DNA of 47,881 nt from Catajapyx aquilonaris (taxonomy: Eukaryota): positions 186,001 through 233,881 of the forward strand of contig KZ537959.1 in assembly GCA_000934665.2 (NCBI GenBank), given 5' to 3'. Positions 23,528 to 35,155 of the stretch are shown in pieces. Below the pieces are notes generated by a model, which worked only from the letters and a program-made list of their open reading frames with translations, was not told the origin of the DNA and did not search any database. How positions within the stretch are numbered: the stretch's first letter is position 1; each line of letters starts with the position of its first letter. Position numbers and translations under genes: made by a program.

Positions 23528-23828
23528 ACCGAAGCAGCAGTGGTGTAGTGGTATGATGTCCGACTGCTAATCGGGAGGTCCTGGGTTCGAATCCCCGAGG
23601 CCAGCGACCCTGATCATGGTTTTCTGTGGTTTCCCATGGTCATCGCAGGATAATTCCAGGGTCGTTACCGTAATTATAGGCCACAGCCGCTACCTTCCTT
23701 ACCTATCCTTGCCTCAATTCCGATGAAAAGTATAGTAAAAATGGAAAGAGTTCCAGACAAAAAAATTGGGAGAAATCCCCCCCTAATAAAGCCTAAAGGG
23801 CTGATAATGGGGTATCAATTATTATTAT
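23528..23828 (+). mobile_element. Full-length tRNA-derived SINE
   Basis: A-box TGGTGTAGTGG, B-box GGTTCGAATCC, body GGTTTTCTGTGGTTTCCC...GGCCACAGCCGC and (ATT)n tail. Perfect 16-bp TSD TAGATCAGTGAGGGGG at 23512-23527 and 23829-23844. Confidence 0.92.
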
Positions 23829-24150
23829 TAGATCAGTGAGGGGGGGAAAGAGGAATGGCTTGCCTCATTTGGGCCACTGCCAGGGGGAAAGGGACGGTTT
23901 AAGGAGAATGGACAGGGGTAAGGGGTGGTGGGAGAAATGGGTGTTGGGGGGAGGGGCGGATAGAGAGAACCCGGAACCTGAAAATCGCAAAAAAGTGTTA
24001 TAGCACGGCTCTGTCTGTCTCTCTGATAACTGTCCACAGACAGACAGACAGAGCCATTCTATAATACATTTTTCTCAAAAGAGTCTAAAAGCTGTTTAAT
24101 ATGTACTGTTGTCAAAGTGTCTGATCCTTCATCTGATAAAATTTTGCAGA

Positions 24151-27100
24151 ATGGGTAGCAAGAAGCATAAGAAGCACAAGAGTGAGCGGCGTGAACGGCA
24201 TGATGCTGAAGTTTCCTCCCCTGTTGCCACCCAGCAATTCCAAGGTGGGGTGACTGGCATCCCTCTGATGGAGTCTTCTGCACAACTCCCAGTGATGACA
24301 GCTGCCCTCTCTCCCGTCCCACCACAGCAGTTCAGTTCCTCAATGGATGTGAAGCCACCAAGTCTCAAGCTAATCCTCAAAGTTGGGGGGTCTTCAACTC
24401 CTGAGAGAACGGCCTCTCCTTGCCCACCTGTCTCTGTACCTAGCACTCTGGCTGAGCCTCCCCGTGAACGACATGACTCATCATCCCGCCACAAGAAGTC
24501 GAAAAAGAAGAAGAAGAAGAAGGAGCGCTCCGGAAGTGGTGGGAAATCACACAAGCGCCGAAAGCGAGATCGGGATGAGTCATCACAGGATGACATAAGT
24601 GGTGCTGATGAGGAACCACCAAAGAAAGTTGTAGTTGTGCCAGAGGTGGTTGTCAAACAGGAGGTGGCAGCTATTGTGCCTCCAGTTCGAATTGTGTCAT
24701 CTCCACAAGGGTCACCCCATCGCGAACCCAGAACATGTGTTCTCCGTCAGCAACGTTCCCCATTCCAGCGCCTGCTTGACCATTTGCTGCGTGCCTTGGA
24801 GAAAAAGGATCACCAGCAATTTTTTGCATGGCCTGTTACGGACAATATTGCACCAGGTAAGCGTGGCAATTTGACTCCTATGTGCCTAGTGAAACCTAGT
24901 AAAATATTCCAAGGATTCGAAAGGAGGTAGAGTTATAACATACTTTTTTCTGCGGACCACTGATGTCTGAACTATATCTGGATTAAACTGTACTTCATGG
25001 GGAGTTGCCAAATTTTGATGGGTGAAATGGGAACTGATGGAAATTTACCATATTTTTAAGAACATAATATTGAAAATGAAATTTTCTTCTAGGCTACTCA
25101 CAGATAATCACTCGACCAATGGACCTCTCTTCAATGAGACACAAATCAGAGGCTGGGGAGTATGCAACTCTGCGAGATTTTACAGAGGACCTACGTCTGA
25201 TGTGTGACAATGCCATGACATATAACCACGCTGAGACCATTTACTACAAGGCAGCTGCCAAATTGCTGCATTTTGGCTTGAGGTTAGTGAGTGCAGACAA
25301 GCTGAGGCAGCTGTACCAGAGCATGTTGTGGATGGGAACAATTGCGAGGGAGGAGTTGGGGTTCGACCTTGGGGTTGTGAGTCAAGTCAAGGTTGAGGAG
25401 GAGGAAGTGGTGACAACAGCTGAGGAGGCAGAGGAAGATGTGCCTGTGGAGGTACCTCCTGTACCAAAGTCAGCCATTGCCAGAATTCCTGCCAGCAAGT
25501 TCCAGGCCATTCCAGATGACCTCACACCTGAACAGGTAGGTTTTTCATTTTATTTTCAAGTACAGCAAAACTTCTATAAGTTGAACTTCCCTAAGGGCCG
25601 GTTGCACCAGTCGCGGTATGTGAAAAACGGTGGGTTTTGACTCCGATATACCGCGAGAAGTGTTGCGCCACCTACGTTTTTTCTAAAACGGCCCGTTCTC
25701 CCTCCCATTTACCGCCTGATCCATCTACCCGCCGATCCTGCAGCACAAGTTGCTTATACCGCGGGTTTATGGTGTTGTCACGGTTGCGGACTGGTGCTAG
25801 GGATTTTGTGTACTGTGTGACACCAGGTGGCAACCCTGCCACGTGGTTGCCATAGATAATAGACGACTAGCCATACTTCCATGACGTCACGGATTGCGTC
25901 ACGGGTACTGCGATCCAATCAGCACTCTCCAAAATTTTTGCCCTCTTACGTCTCTCATGAGCCAGCGTACTACCGATAACGCCGCGTTTATCTGGACCGG
26001 TGCAACGCTATGGAATAAACACGCGGTTTTTCATGGAATATACCGTGCACCCGCGGTGCAGGGTTCTTCCATATATCTTCCCATATACCGCGACTGGTGC
26101 AACCGGCCCTAAGTCGAAGTTCTCTATAAGTCGAATAAAATTATGAGCTTGGTTGGTCACAATGTAAAATAATGGGAAATAAACTTCCCTAACTCGAAGT
26201 TCTCCATAACTCTAAGTGCTGGCAGGTCCTTACGATGGGATATCAATGCATTTTCAGTCTCCCTAAGTCGAAGTTCACGTTGCCAAGTACAGTACATTCC
26301 CCTGGACATGCTTGAACGCGTTATGAAGGGTTTCGTCTGGCGCTTGGAGGAATGTGTTGCCCACAAAGGTGGACATCTATCCGGTGTTGTTTTCAAGTAG
26401 CGAATTTTTTGGACCTTGATCCATAAATGGCATATCTTTCTCTGTGTAGTGTAATTTTTTTAAACATAATCTTTCATTACTTACGCCATGCTGCGTCGTT
26501 TTTATCTGTCCATGACTTTTGCCCCACCCTGTAATAGTAGGGATTGTGATTATGGTATTTATGCAATTGTCCTTCCTACATTCTCTTTAGATTTTAGCCC
26601 AGGCCCGGGGTGCAGCTAAAGCTGCTGCTGAAAAACTGGGTCCAAAGAACCAACTAGGTTTCCTTCGGCAGCGGCCAGATGGAACCACCTCCTTGGCAGT
26701 CCTCCACCCAATGCCAACAGGTGGTGATGGGGAAATAGTTGAGCGGCCTGTCCCGTTAGGCCAACTGGTTGGCCGCCTGACCCATGGGTCAGGTCAGCTG
26801 CAAGGATTCAGGGAGGACAGGCGTAACCTGGCCAAGCCTGTCAAACCTTTGTACTATGGAGCATTTGGTTCTCATGCTCCTGCGTATGATTCCACTTTTT
26901 CCAATCTCTCCAAGGAAGAGTCAGATCTGGTCTTGGCCACATATGGGGATGAAGGTGGAGTTCAGTATGCTGATTCCATTGTAGGGTTTGCAAAGGACTG
27001 CGACTATGCCATGCAGGTCAGTGATAGTGTATATCTGTTCTGTGTTGCTGTTTTTCTAAATATGCACATGAAGGAGCACTGGCTCTGAGGAATGAAAATA

Positions 27101-28425
27101 AAATATGTTGAATTACAGGTGGTTGATGAGCTATTGAACATACTAAGTGGTGGGGAGCACTGTCGTGTGGTTCGCTACTTGGATGAGCGGCGTCGGATAC
27201 AGCAAGAAGACCAGGCTGGGGCTATTGCTAGCACCAGCAATGCAACCACAACTAGCAGCACCAGCACCAGTGCCAGCGCCAGTGCCAGCGCCAGCGCCAG
27301 CACAAGCGCCAGCACCAGCAGCGCAGGCATTGTGAATGTTCAATCTCTCCGCTCCCTCTCTGAGCTTGGGATAGACACTTCCTTCCTAGATGCATATGAG
27401 CGCAGTACCAAGGAGGAGGAGGCCATCCAAAGCAAGCTGGAAGAGACTTCAGGGCTACTAGAACAACTGGAGAAAGTACAGCGTGAGAGGCTAAGCTTAG
27501 GACCAAGTGGGCATCACCTCACTGGACTGCAACCATCAGAGGGTGAGGTACAACTGGCAGAGAGAATCACATCCAGGTAAGCACTTGTAGTTTAGTACTT
27601 TGATTAAGGGCTGGTTGCATGAAAACTAGTTAAAAAGTGCTAACTAGAAATGAGGTCATCCCAAGTTGGCACACACTCCATAGCTGCTGGGTTTCCAGCT
27701 TGAGTGAACTACCGAGTCAAATTTCGTAGTTACTAGGCGGCCCCTCCACAAAAATAGTCCCTGTGTTCCCCATTGGTCATGGCAGCCATTGGTGTCACTA
27801 AATAGCTGTGCTCTTAACAACACCACTTTGTGTCAATGACTTGTCCTGCATCCAACTGTATTTCCACTCTCACCCTTTTTTAAATAGAGTAGTACAATGT
27901 CGTTACTTCTGTACCTTGAAATCTAGGCTGGCAGAGATGGCAAGAGAAGCACAACCACATCACATTGCACCACTTCCGTCCATAAGGAAAGCCATGGGAG
28001 TTGTGGATGCACCAATTGTAGAATCTGAGTCACCAAAGGCTGTTCCAACATCACCAGAATCACCACATGCATCACCTCCAAAGTCACCTGTTCAGGCAGA
28101 AGAAGTCGAAGATACCAAGGCAGAGGAACCAATGGAAGTGGAGGAAAAAGTGGAGGAGGTTAAAGAAGATGGAAAGGTGCCAAGTCCAGTTCCTGAGGTT
28201 CCTGAAGTGGTTGACTTGCAACCCACTGCTCCTCCTTCCTCCTCACCACCTCCTCCAACACTCCCGGCCACAGCATCTGTGACCCCTGCTGTACCTCCCA
28301 CTCCCTTGGAGGCAGCTGATCTCGAGTCAGAGCTGCGTGAGTTCTTAGAGAATAATGAACCTGCACTTGACAACTCTCCCATTGATGATGATGACAAGAC
28401 ATTAGAAGAGATGCTCTCTGCATAA
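24151..28425 (+). CDS. BRD7/9: Bromodomain-containing protein 7/9 (~843 aa)
   Basis: Exons 24151-24856, 25093-25535, 26591-27016, 27119-27576 and 27927-28425 join in frame. N-terminal MGSKKHKKHKSE and LKLILKVG, bromodomain FAWPVTDNIAPGYSQIITRPMDL...NAMTYN, and DUF3512-type YGAFGSHAPAYDSTFSNLSKEESDLV. Confidence 0.96.
25563..26291. mobile_element. Partial inverted copy of the 12067-12673 MITE, interrupted by a nested insertion
   Basis: TA|CAGCAAAACTTCTATAAGTTGAACTTCCCTAA at 25561, resuming at 26110 as the reverse complement of ~12470-12645. Confidence 0.88.
25595..26109. mobile_element. PIF/Harbinger (Tourist-like) MITE, 515 bp
   Basis: Perfect 25-bp TIRs GGGCCGGTTGCACCAGTCGCGGTAT and TAA TSD at 25592-25594 and 26110-26112. 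Confidence 0.92.
26293..26531 (+). mobile_element. 3' end of a Tc1/mariner-family transposon
   Basis: Translates IPLDMLERVMKGFVWRLEECVAHKGGHLSGVVFK*, a typical transposase C-terminus, and ends CACCCTG|TA. Confidence 0.75.
27229..27325 (+). repeat. Degenerate AGCACC/AGCGCC hexamer repeat encoding a Ser/Thr/Ala tract in BRD7/9
   Basis: Encodes STSTSASASASASASTSASTSS. Confidence 0.85.
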
Positions 28426-29751
28426 AATGTGTGTGTGACTGTGTGTGCTGAATTTTTGTACCTTGCACCATGTGTAACTGTTTCCTTGCACTTGGTCACT
28501 CCTTGTGAACGGACATTGAAGGCCATTAGTAGTCTTTCGTTTTAGATCTCTTGATCCTACTCTGATCATAATAGAAAGCATAATAAAAAGGTTGTTGTTT
28601 TAAGATCTTCATGTTGTCAAGAAACTTTGCATTTCTATAAATTGACTCTGATGTGAGAATTATTGTACCTTGTGCCAATTTTGTGGTTTAACAAATTCAA
28701 ACAAAGCAGTCCTGCATTTTTACTACAGTCATTTTCCTCGAAAGATTTGCCCTCACAGCTTTAAAGGTCAGTGACCTCATTCAAGTCAGCCCAAATGTTG
28801 AAATATGGAAGGTGGTGTCTTTCACCATGACAAGTTACAAGTATGAGCACATTCTGAAAGTACTGTTTGGTCATATTAAACAAAAATAATAATTTACCAA
28901 GATATTCAGCATAATCCCATCATGCACCAACCCAATGTTGATCTAAACAGTCATTTTTTGATCTACGTTACCAGCCTTTGTAAGCCTTTGTCATGCACTC
29001 TTGCCACCAAACCTTTGTCTCTTGGACACCCCCAAAATTCCTCTGCAGATGTGATACAAATGAAGGTCACTTGATGCAAGATATGGACCATGGTTTTTGC
29101 ATTCCTTGTTGTTCAGTGATATTCCATTTGGGTGTCTAGGGAAGGGTACATGACAGTATAACTGAGAATGGCAGTTCAAAGTCTTCAACAGTTCAACTTT
29201 TAACACTTCTTCTGAATTTGTTCTGGCCATGATGTAGAGTACTACAAGTTCATATTTGAGACATTGGTAGCATATACTGTACCTATGTTCTTATTGTTCG
29301 TGCATTAAATTCATTTTTTGCTTCTTCTGTGAAGTTGAAGAGCACAGCCGTATTACTCTTTTTATTCTTACCGATTAAATTGGGGTTTAAAAATTACTAT
29401 ACCCTTGCATAAACTAGACATATCTACAGTATAGGGAACTGCGTCAAAACAAATCAAGTTAATCAAACTCAAATTTTATTAGTCTAATTACATTTCAAAA
29501 AGAATTCACTCTGACCTGCCTACTACAGTTGCACATAGCTACCTACCTGTTTGGAAACTTTAAGATTTAAAGTGGGCATCTTCAACTGATATTTACATTT
29601 ACAGCACTTTGAACACCACACCACTTGCTGATCCAAACTGTACATAAGAAACTACTACTTGGTGATCGCCCCACAAAATAATCTTGCCACGGCTTGAGAA
29701 TATTTGAAGATGTTTAAAAAGAGCTCTCTGAAATCAAGTTTATGGCCATTA

Positions 29752-30227
29752 AGCTGCATTTACATGTGAGCGATTTGACAAGCAAAAGTGTTGTCCGATT
29801 GATTGCACTGGTGTAGCCAGTGTACACTCGTGCAGGAAAAAGCGTCCGATTCACCGGGAGCAGCGTGTCCGATTCGCCAGTGTAACTGCACCAGTGCAAG
29901 CGGGGGGCTGCACTCGCTGCACCAGTGGAGAAGGTGGGGCAGGCGGTGTAAGGCGCGAAGACGGGCTGGCAAGATGGCGGAGGCACTGGAGGCACTGGAG
30001 GTGTCCGATTCGAGGCCCCAGTGCTGGGTCACACTCGCTGCACTGTGACGTCACCTCCCTACACCGAGTGTAGCCGGTGCAGTGTCAATCGGACAACACT
30101 AAAGTCTTCGCTAAGCGGTAACATGAGTAACCCAAGTAACCAGTATTGTTTGAGGTGAAAAAAAAATATTGGTTACTTCGCTCAGCCAAGACTTCTCTTG
30201 TCAAATTGCTCACATGTAAACATAGCT
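29752..30227. mobile_element. Harbinger-type MITE (outer element)
   Basis: TIRs AGCTgcaTTTACATGTGAGCgATTTGACAAG / CTTGTCAAATtGCTCACATGTAAAcatAGCT and TTA TSD at 29749-29751 and 30228-30230. A related single end lies at ~33885-33914. Confidence 0.85.
29787..30100. mobile_element. Nested MITE (314 bp) with 3-bp TSD
   Basis: Perfect 16-bp TIRs AGTGTTGTCCGATTGA, with AAA duplicated at 29784-29786 and 30101-30103. Confidence 0.85.
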
Positions 30228-30658
30228 TTATAATTTATTTATATATACTTGATAACAAATATCCCCCATACAACTGCACTCCAACTGCAATGGAACTGAA
30301 GCATAGCTGATTTGAGTTGCAGCTGAAAAAGTGCACCCTTCAGAAGTAACCACAAAAGTTAAATAGGTGTGTTATTGATCAATGTCAATGTGCCCAAGGT
30401 TATTGGTAGAAATATTTTTTGTGGAACTAGAGTTTTATGAATGCAATGGAATGCAGCAATCTTATGTGAGCACTCCATATTCCCCAAAGTTTATATGCCA
30501 GACTGGTAGGTTTGATGTACTTTACTATGTAGTGGCTACTTGATTTCATCAGTTCTACAATCCCTTTGTGACATGTAAGATGGTACATGGTTTAATTTAT
30601 GGACCAATTACATAGCAAAAATTATTTAACATACTCTCCAGCTCGCCCATCCTCCATC

Positions 30659-33505
30659 TTAATTGACGACAATTATTTCTTCTGTCTCACGCCTCACGTT
30701 CATATTGTGTTGCTTTGAGATGTGTGTAGAAAGATCGTGATGCCACTGAAAGAGAGAAACCATTCCAAAGTGTACTGCCTAACTACAATCTGTAACAACT
30801 TATCGAATTAAATACATGTAACTGTAATAATTTAATACCTCTCCACAACGTCCGCACTTGATAAGCAACTTCATCCTGGCACTTCGCTGCCATGACGGAG
30901 TCTCCACACCATGAGAGCAGAGGACATGTCTGTCCAAGCCCATTCTTACGAAGAAACTCTCCTGGCACAAATGGCATTGAAATGGCAATGGCAACGAAGA
31001 GATTACAAGTTCACTCATCTTTCCTGATATCACTACCTTGTGCTGCTCCCACATGTGGTGTTGGAAGTTTTCAAACCCCTAATAATCATAAATGGATTAA
31101 TTAGATTTTGCTTCTATTTTGCACAAACATCACACAAATTCGCAAGGCGTCTAAATCCGATACGAAATGCAAGGCATTTAAAATACCCTTTATTTAACTT
31201 GAAGCTGTCATATCTTACCCGGCAAAGGAAATCGCATATGTCGCAAGCGATGAACTTCACCGGCATCGATCCTTGTGTCTGAGACATCAATGGTTCTTTA
31301 GGAGGCAAGCGTACCTTGCGAGTCTCCGGGCGAACCTTTGTAGCTTTTGTGGGAGGTGTGCCCGGATTTGTATGATGAGGCTGCAGGACTGACTTGCCTC
31401 GAACATAACCTTTAGGAATTGGAGCTACAATTGTGTCATGCTTCCTCTTGACACCCGGCTGAAAGCAAATATGGATGTGCTTAATACGGGCCTTTGACAA
31501 CTTTCGCCATTGAGACTGGACATTACTGGCTCATATGGATTGTGTAATTAATTAATTGCCCCTCCTATGTCTTGAAGGTGAATCTTCTTGACACATCAAT
31601 CCCAGAAGAATGTCTCTCGTTTAAATTTTTTTTAAAGTGGGTACAATCATGCATTATAATTCAAGATCAGTTGTTCATTTTGAGATACGAAAAGACTAAA
31701 TATACGTATTGTAAACATGCACATGCAAATTAAGTATTAATTATCTAGAATTCTCGCTCACCTTTGGTTGATTATCTCCTGCAGCAGAAAGAATGCCATT
31801 CACAACATTTACACCACCTCCACCTTTATTACCACCAGAAGCAGTGGTAGCAGAAAGGCAGATATTCATGTTATTCACACTATTCTCGTCAGCAGAAGCA
31901 GGTTGTGGAGTCAATGTAATTAGCACACCTGAAACAGTATGATAATCACACTTATCCAGAGTGAGACTATTATTTTTGCTTTATACATTGTTAGAAACAA
32001 GGGCATTCTAAGAGTACGTTAGTGGTTTACAGATACCGCTGTGAACTGCAGGATTCAGGAAAAAATTTCAACTTTACAAGGGATCAAAATGCAGGTGGCA
32101 TGTGAATTGCTGAAAGTACTTCTCTCTCACCTGTTAAGTAGGTCCCCACAGGTTGGCCTCCCTTAGTTAATCCACTGATAATACTGATGAATTGCACTGC
32201 TTCATCTAATGATGAAAACAAATGTAGGGAAGAAGGGAGAAAGGCAGGAGAGAGGGAAGGTTGAATTTAAAACAAATCCTGTCTGCTTCAATTACGCACT
32301 TACAATTGGCAATTACAATGATCGCCCGATCTAAATTGGTCAATGACAGCCAACTGCCACTAAAACGAGCCCAACATTGGGTCAAAGTTGAAAGCATGCA
32401 GATATTTTTTACCTGACTTGCGCGCAGCTGTCTCTTTGGCTGTGGGCTTAGGAAGAGCTGGCTGAATGTGCACAAAGGTGGCACTTGATGGTGCAGGCTT
32501 GATGGGTCGGACAGTGTTGGTCTTGACCTTCTTCTGGGGAGATTCATGTTTAAGATCGAAGGAAGACGCAGGATAAGGTTGGACACAAGTCTTGGATGCA
32601 AGGCTCGAAGCACAGACTGACGGAGCAAAGGGCTTCTTGGGAGTAACAGTCGGCGCAGTTTTGGCACTGATCTTAGACCCTAGGCTCGATGAAGGAGGGT
32701 TGTAGATGTACGGAGGAGCAACGAGCTTCTTCGAAACAACAATCGGCGCAGCATATTTGGCAGAGATCTGAACTGGCTTCGACGAAGCAACAATCGATGC
32801 AGTAGGCTTAGTCAATGTTGAAGAAGCCATCCTCGAAACAGTAGGTCCGGCTTTTTCTTCGTCCTGGGATTCCTCAGCACTAGAATGTGGCTGGTAGGTG
32901 AGTGAACGAGGACCAACATTGCTGACAGACATTTTGGCAGGTAAATCCCATGCCCTTTCCGGCCCTTGATTATAGGGCATCTTGTACTGCTCAAAGTTGC
33001 GTCGGCATAACTTCTCATGAGCCACCAGGTCTTGCTTCCGTGTTGCCTCGTACATGCAAGTCGAACAGTCATACATGTTGGACCCGGGCGGAGGTATGGC
33101 TCGGTGTGGATGCCGGGTCGTGTTCCCCAGGTGGCAAAACTTCATGTGCGTATCTATCCTACTAAACCCCGGGCAACTGAAGGAGCACAGATTGCAGTAG
33201 TACTGCTTTGAAGTCCCATGTTTCGTGTTCCTGTATGTCCAGTGCGGATCTTGCATGTGGTTAAAAATCACCAGGCGAGATTCGCTCTTGTATCCGCACA
33301 GGTAGCAAGAGTACAACTTTGGCCGAGGCGTATGCATCGTCTGAAGCGTGCTGGAGTTTTCTACATCTTGTACAAGATACTCGTTGACTACATCTGTCCC
33401 AACAGCGATGAGAAGCTTTCCCAGTGGACCATCATAATTCGGTGCCTTGCGGTTTCGCTTAGTGTAGCTGACGGGAGACTGGTTCTTTTTGGTAGCTTCT
33501 GACAT
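30659..33505 (-). CDS. MEP-1-like C2H2 zinc-finger protein, divergent (~633 aa)
   Basis: Exons 33505-32413, 32205-32131, 31928-31762, 31458-31219, 31078-30839 and 30745 (or 30778)-30659. LGKLLIAVGTDVVNEY, CYLCGYKSESRLVIFNHMQDPH, FIACDICD...HMWEQHKVVISGKM and CHLCQESFFVRMGLDRHVLCSHG parallel the MEP-1 motifs in order. Confidence 0.82.
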
Positions 33506-34942
33506 CTTACTTCCCAGAGATACCTCTCGGTGAACAATGCGTACACTTGATGCGTTCTGAAAACAAAATGTTCGGGCAATATTGAAGCCTAGTTTTAAAA
33601 ATGGCTAAAAAGTAGCAATGCAACATATGAGGTCAGGTATTCCCCACCCTACCAATTCACAATATGCTCAAATATTGTGCCAATTTCCAGCCATTTTTTA
33701 AAGGGGAGGAGGGACACTCAGACATCAATATCATTTCTCAATACAGTCTAACTGTGTTATGTAGGGAGGATTTCCTGATTAAATTGTCCCCAGCACATCA
33801 TGAATTCAAGAGAAACCTTTCATCCTCTCTTTCTGGTGACACTTCCCCGGCATTTAGATCAGTAGTTCTCAAAATTCAAATCGTTCGTCAAATAGCTCAC
33901 ATGTAAACGCACCTTTACTCTTTAGGCCTATCGACGTTCTAAGAATCAGACGATTTAAAAATATATATATATTTCTGAGACATCCTGTGGATGAATTTTT
34001 TCTGAATTTTACATTCAAAAGGACCACCACGAATGAAAATGACTAATTTTGACGCAAAGTTGTTATTCATTAATATCACGAATTTTGGGCAAAAAAGAAT
34101 GAAACGGCCCATAAACCTGCCACAAACTCCGCCGTCAAAGTGTTAAACATGTTTCCCCTTAGAACCAAAGGGAATAAGCTCAAAATTAATACTTCGGCAG
34201 CATATATTCCAGCATTTGAATTAGGGCTCATGATATACAACAAACAACAACAACACTAAAGGAGGACTTGAAACAACCCCAAGCCTCTTCTAAGGACTTA
34301 ACTGTCTTGTTCCCTTCTACCAATTTATCAGAAACTAACTGTTGATATTCCAGACCTAATGCAGGAAGTTGCTCAACCTTAATCCTCTCAACCACCTCAG
34401 GTCTTTTCTTAAACATCCTCCACCCCACCACCTAACCATGATATACGGTCTTATAATATACGGTAGATACCCACCGTTTTAAGTTAACTCCACCCACCAC
34501 CTAAACCAAATCCGGGTATTTTAGAGAAGAAAATAGAGAAATGTTGCTTTGCTCTTATATGAAATAATTGTGTCCCATTGTCATCGTGAATTCCCTATTT
34601 GTCTGGAGTAGTAATGAATGTTAATAGGAATTATGCTACATATTTTTTCACGTTTATCATATTGGGAAAAGCGAACAGCAAAAGCAAAGGAGAAAGAGCA
34701 GAATGGCCTATCTAGGATGAAATTTCCAAAGTGACCTACATTGAAAAAATAATCTTGTTGATGTCAGGTCCCAATGTTAACATAGACGGCAGTGGGTGCC
34801 TATGAGTAACACGAAATAATTGTCGCAGAAATCATGCCTCATTCTATCTTTATGTAGATCTCACCTCTTCGTGTAGCTCTTAAACCAAGGGGGTAACCAC
34901 TCGACTGAAAAGTGTACACTGGAGTACCAAATTCAAGGAGTA

Positions 34943-35155
34943 CAGTCGATTAAAGGAGTATGTTACCAGACCCCTAACCTAGAAATTAGCCTCCAACAGA
35001 GGTGCTGCCTAGGGGAGTGAGATTTATTGTATCAGGGGGAAGCAGCACCTCTGTTCTTCCCCCTGATACAATAAATCTCACTCCCCTAGGCAGCACCTCT
35101 GTTGGAGGCTAATTTCTAGGTTAGGGGTCTGGTAACATACTCCTTTAGCCGACTG
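34943..35155. mobile_element. Fold-back (fully palindromic) Tc1/mariner-type MITE, 213 bp
   Basis: TA|CAGTCG...CGACTG|TA termini, perfect 92-bp arms (34951-35042 / 35056-35147) and a 13-nt spacer. Confidence 0.9.

Noticed and set aside
23534..23605. tRNA gene with GCT anticodon
   Set aside because: The acceptor stem does not pair, there is no Ser-type long variable arm, and it continues into a SINE body flanked by a TSD.
27605..27650. TAA|GGGCTGGTTGCA, a Harbinger-like end in a BRD7/9 intron
   Set aside because: No convincing partner TIR or TSD; too decayed to delimit.
24151..33505. Functional clustering of two chromatin regulators (BRD7/9 and MEP-1-like)
   Set aside because: Convergent orientation with no shared promoter; adjacency alone is not evidence.
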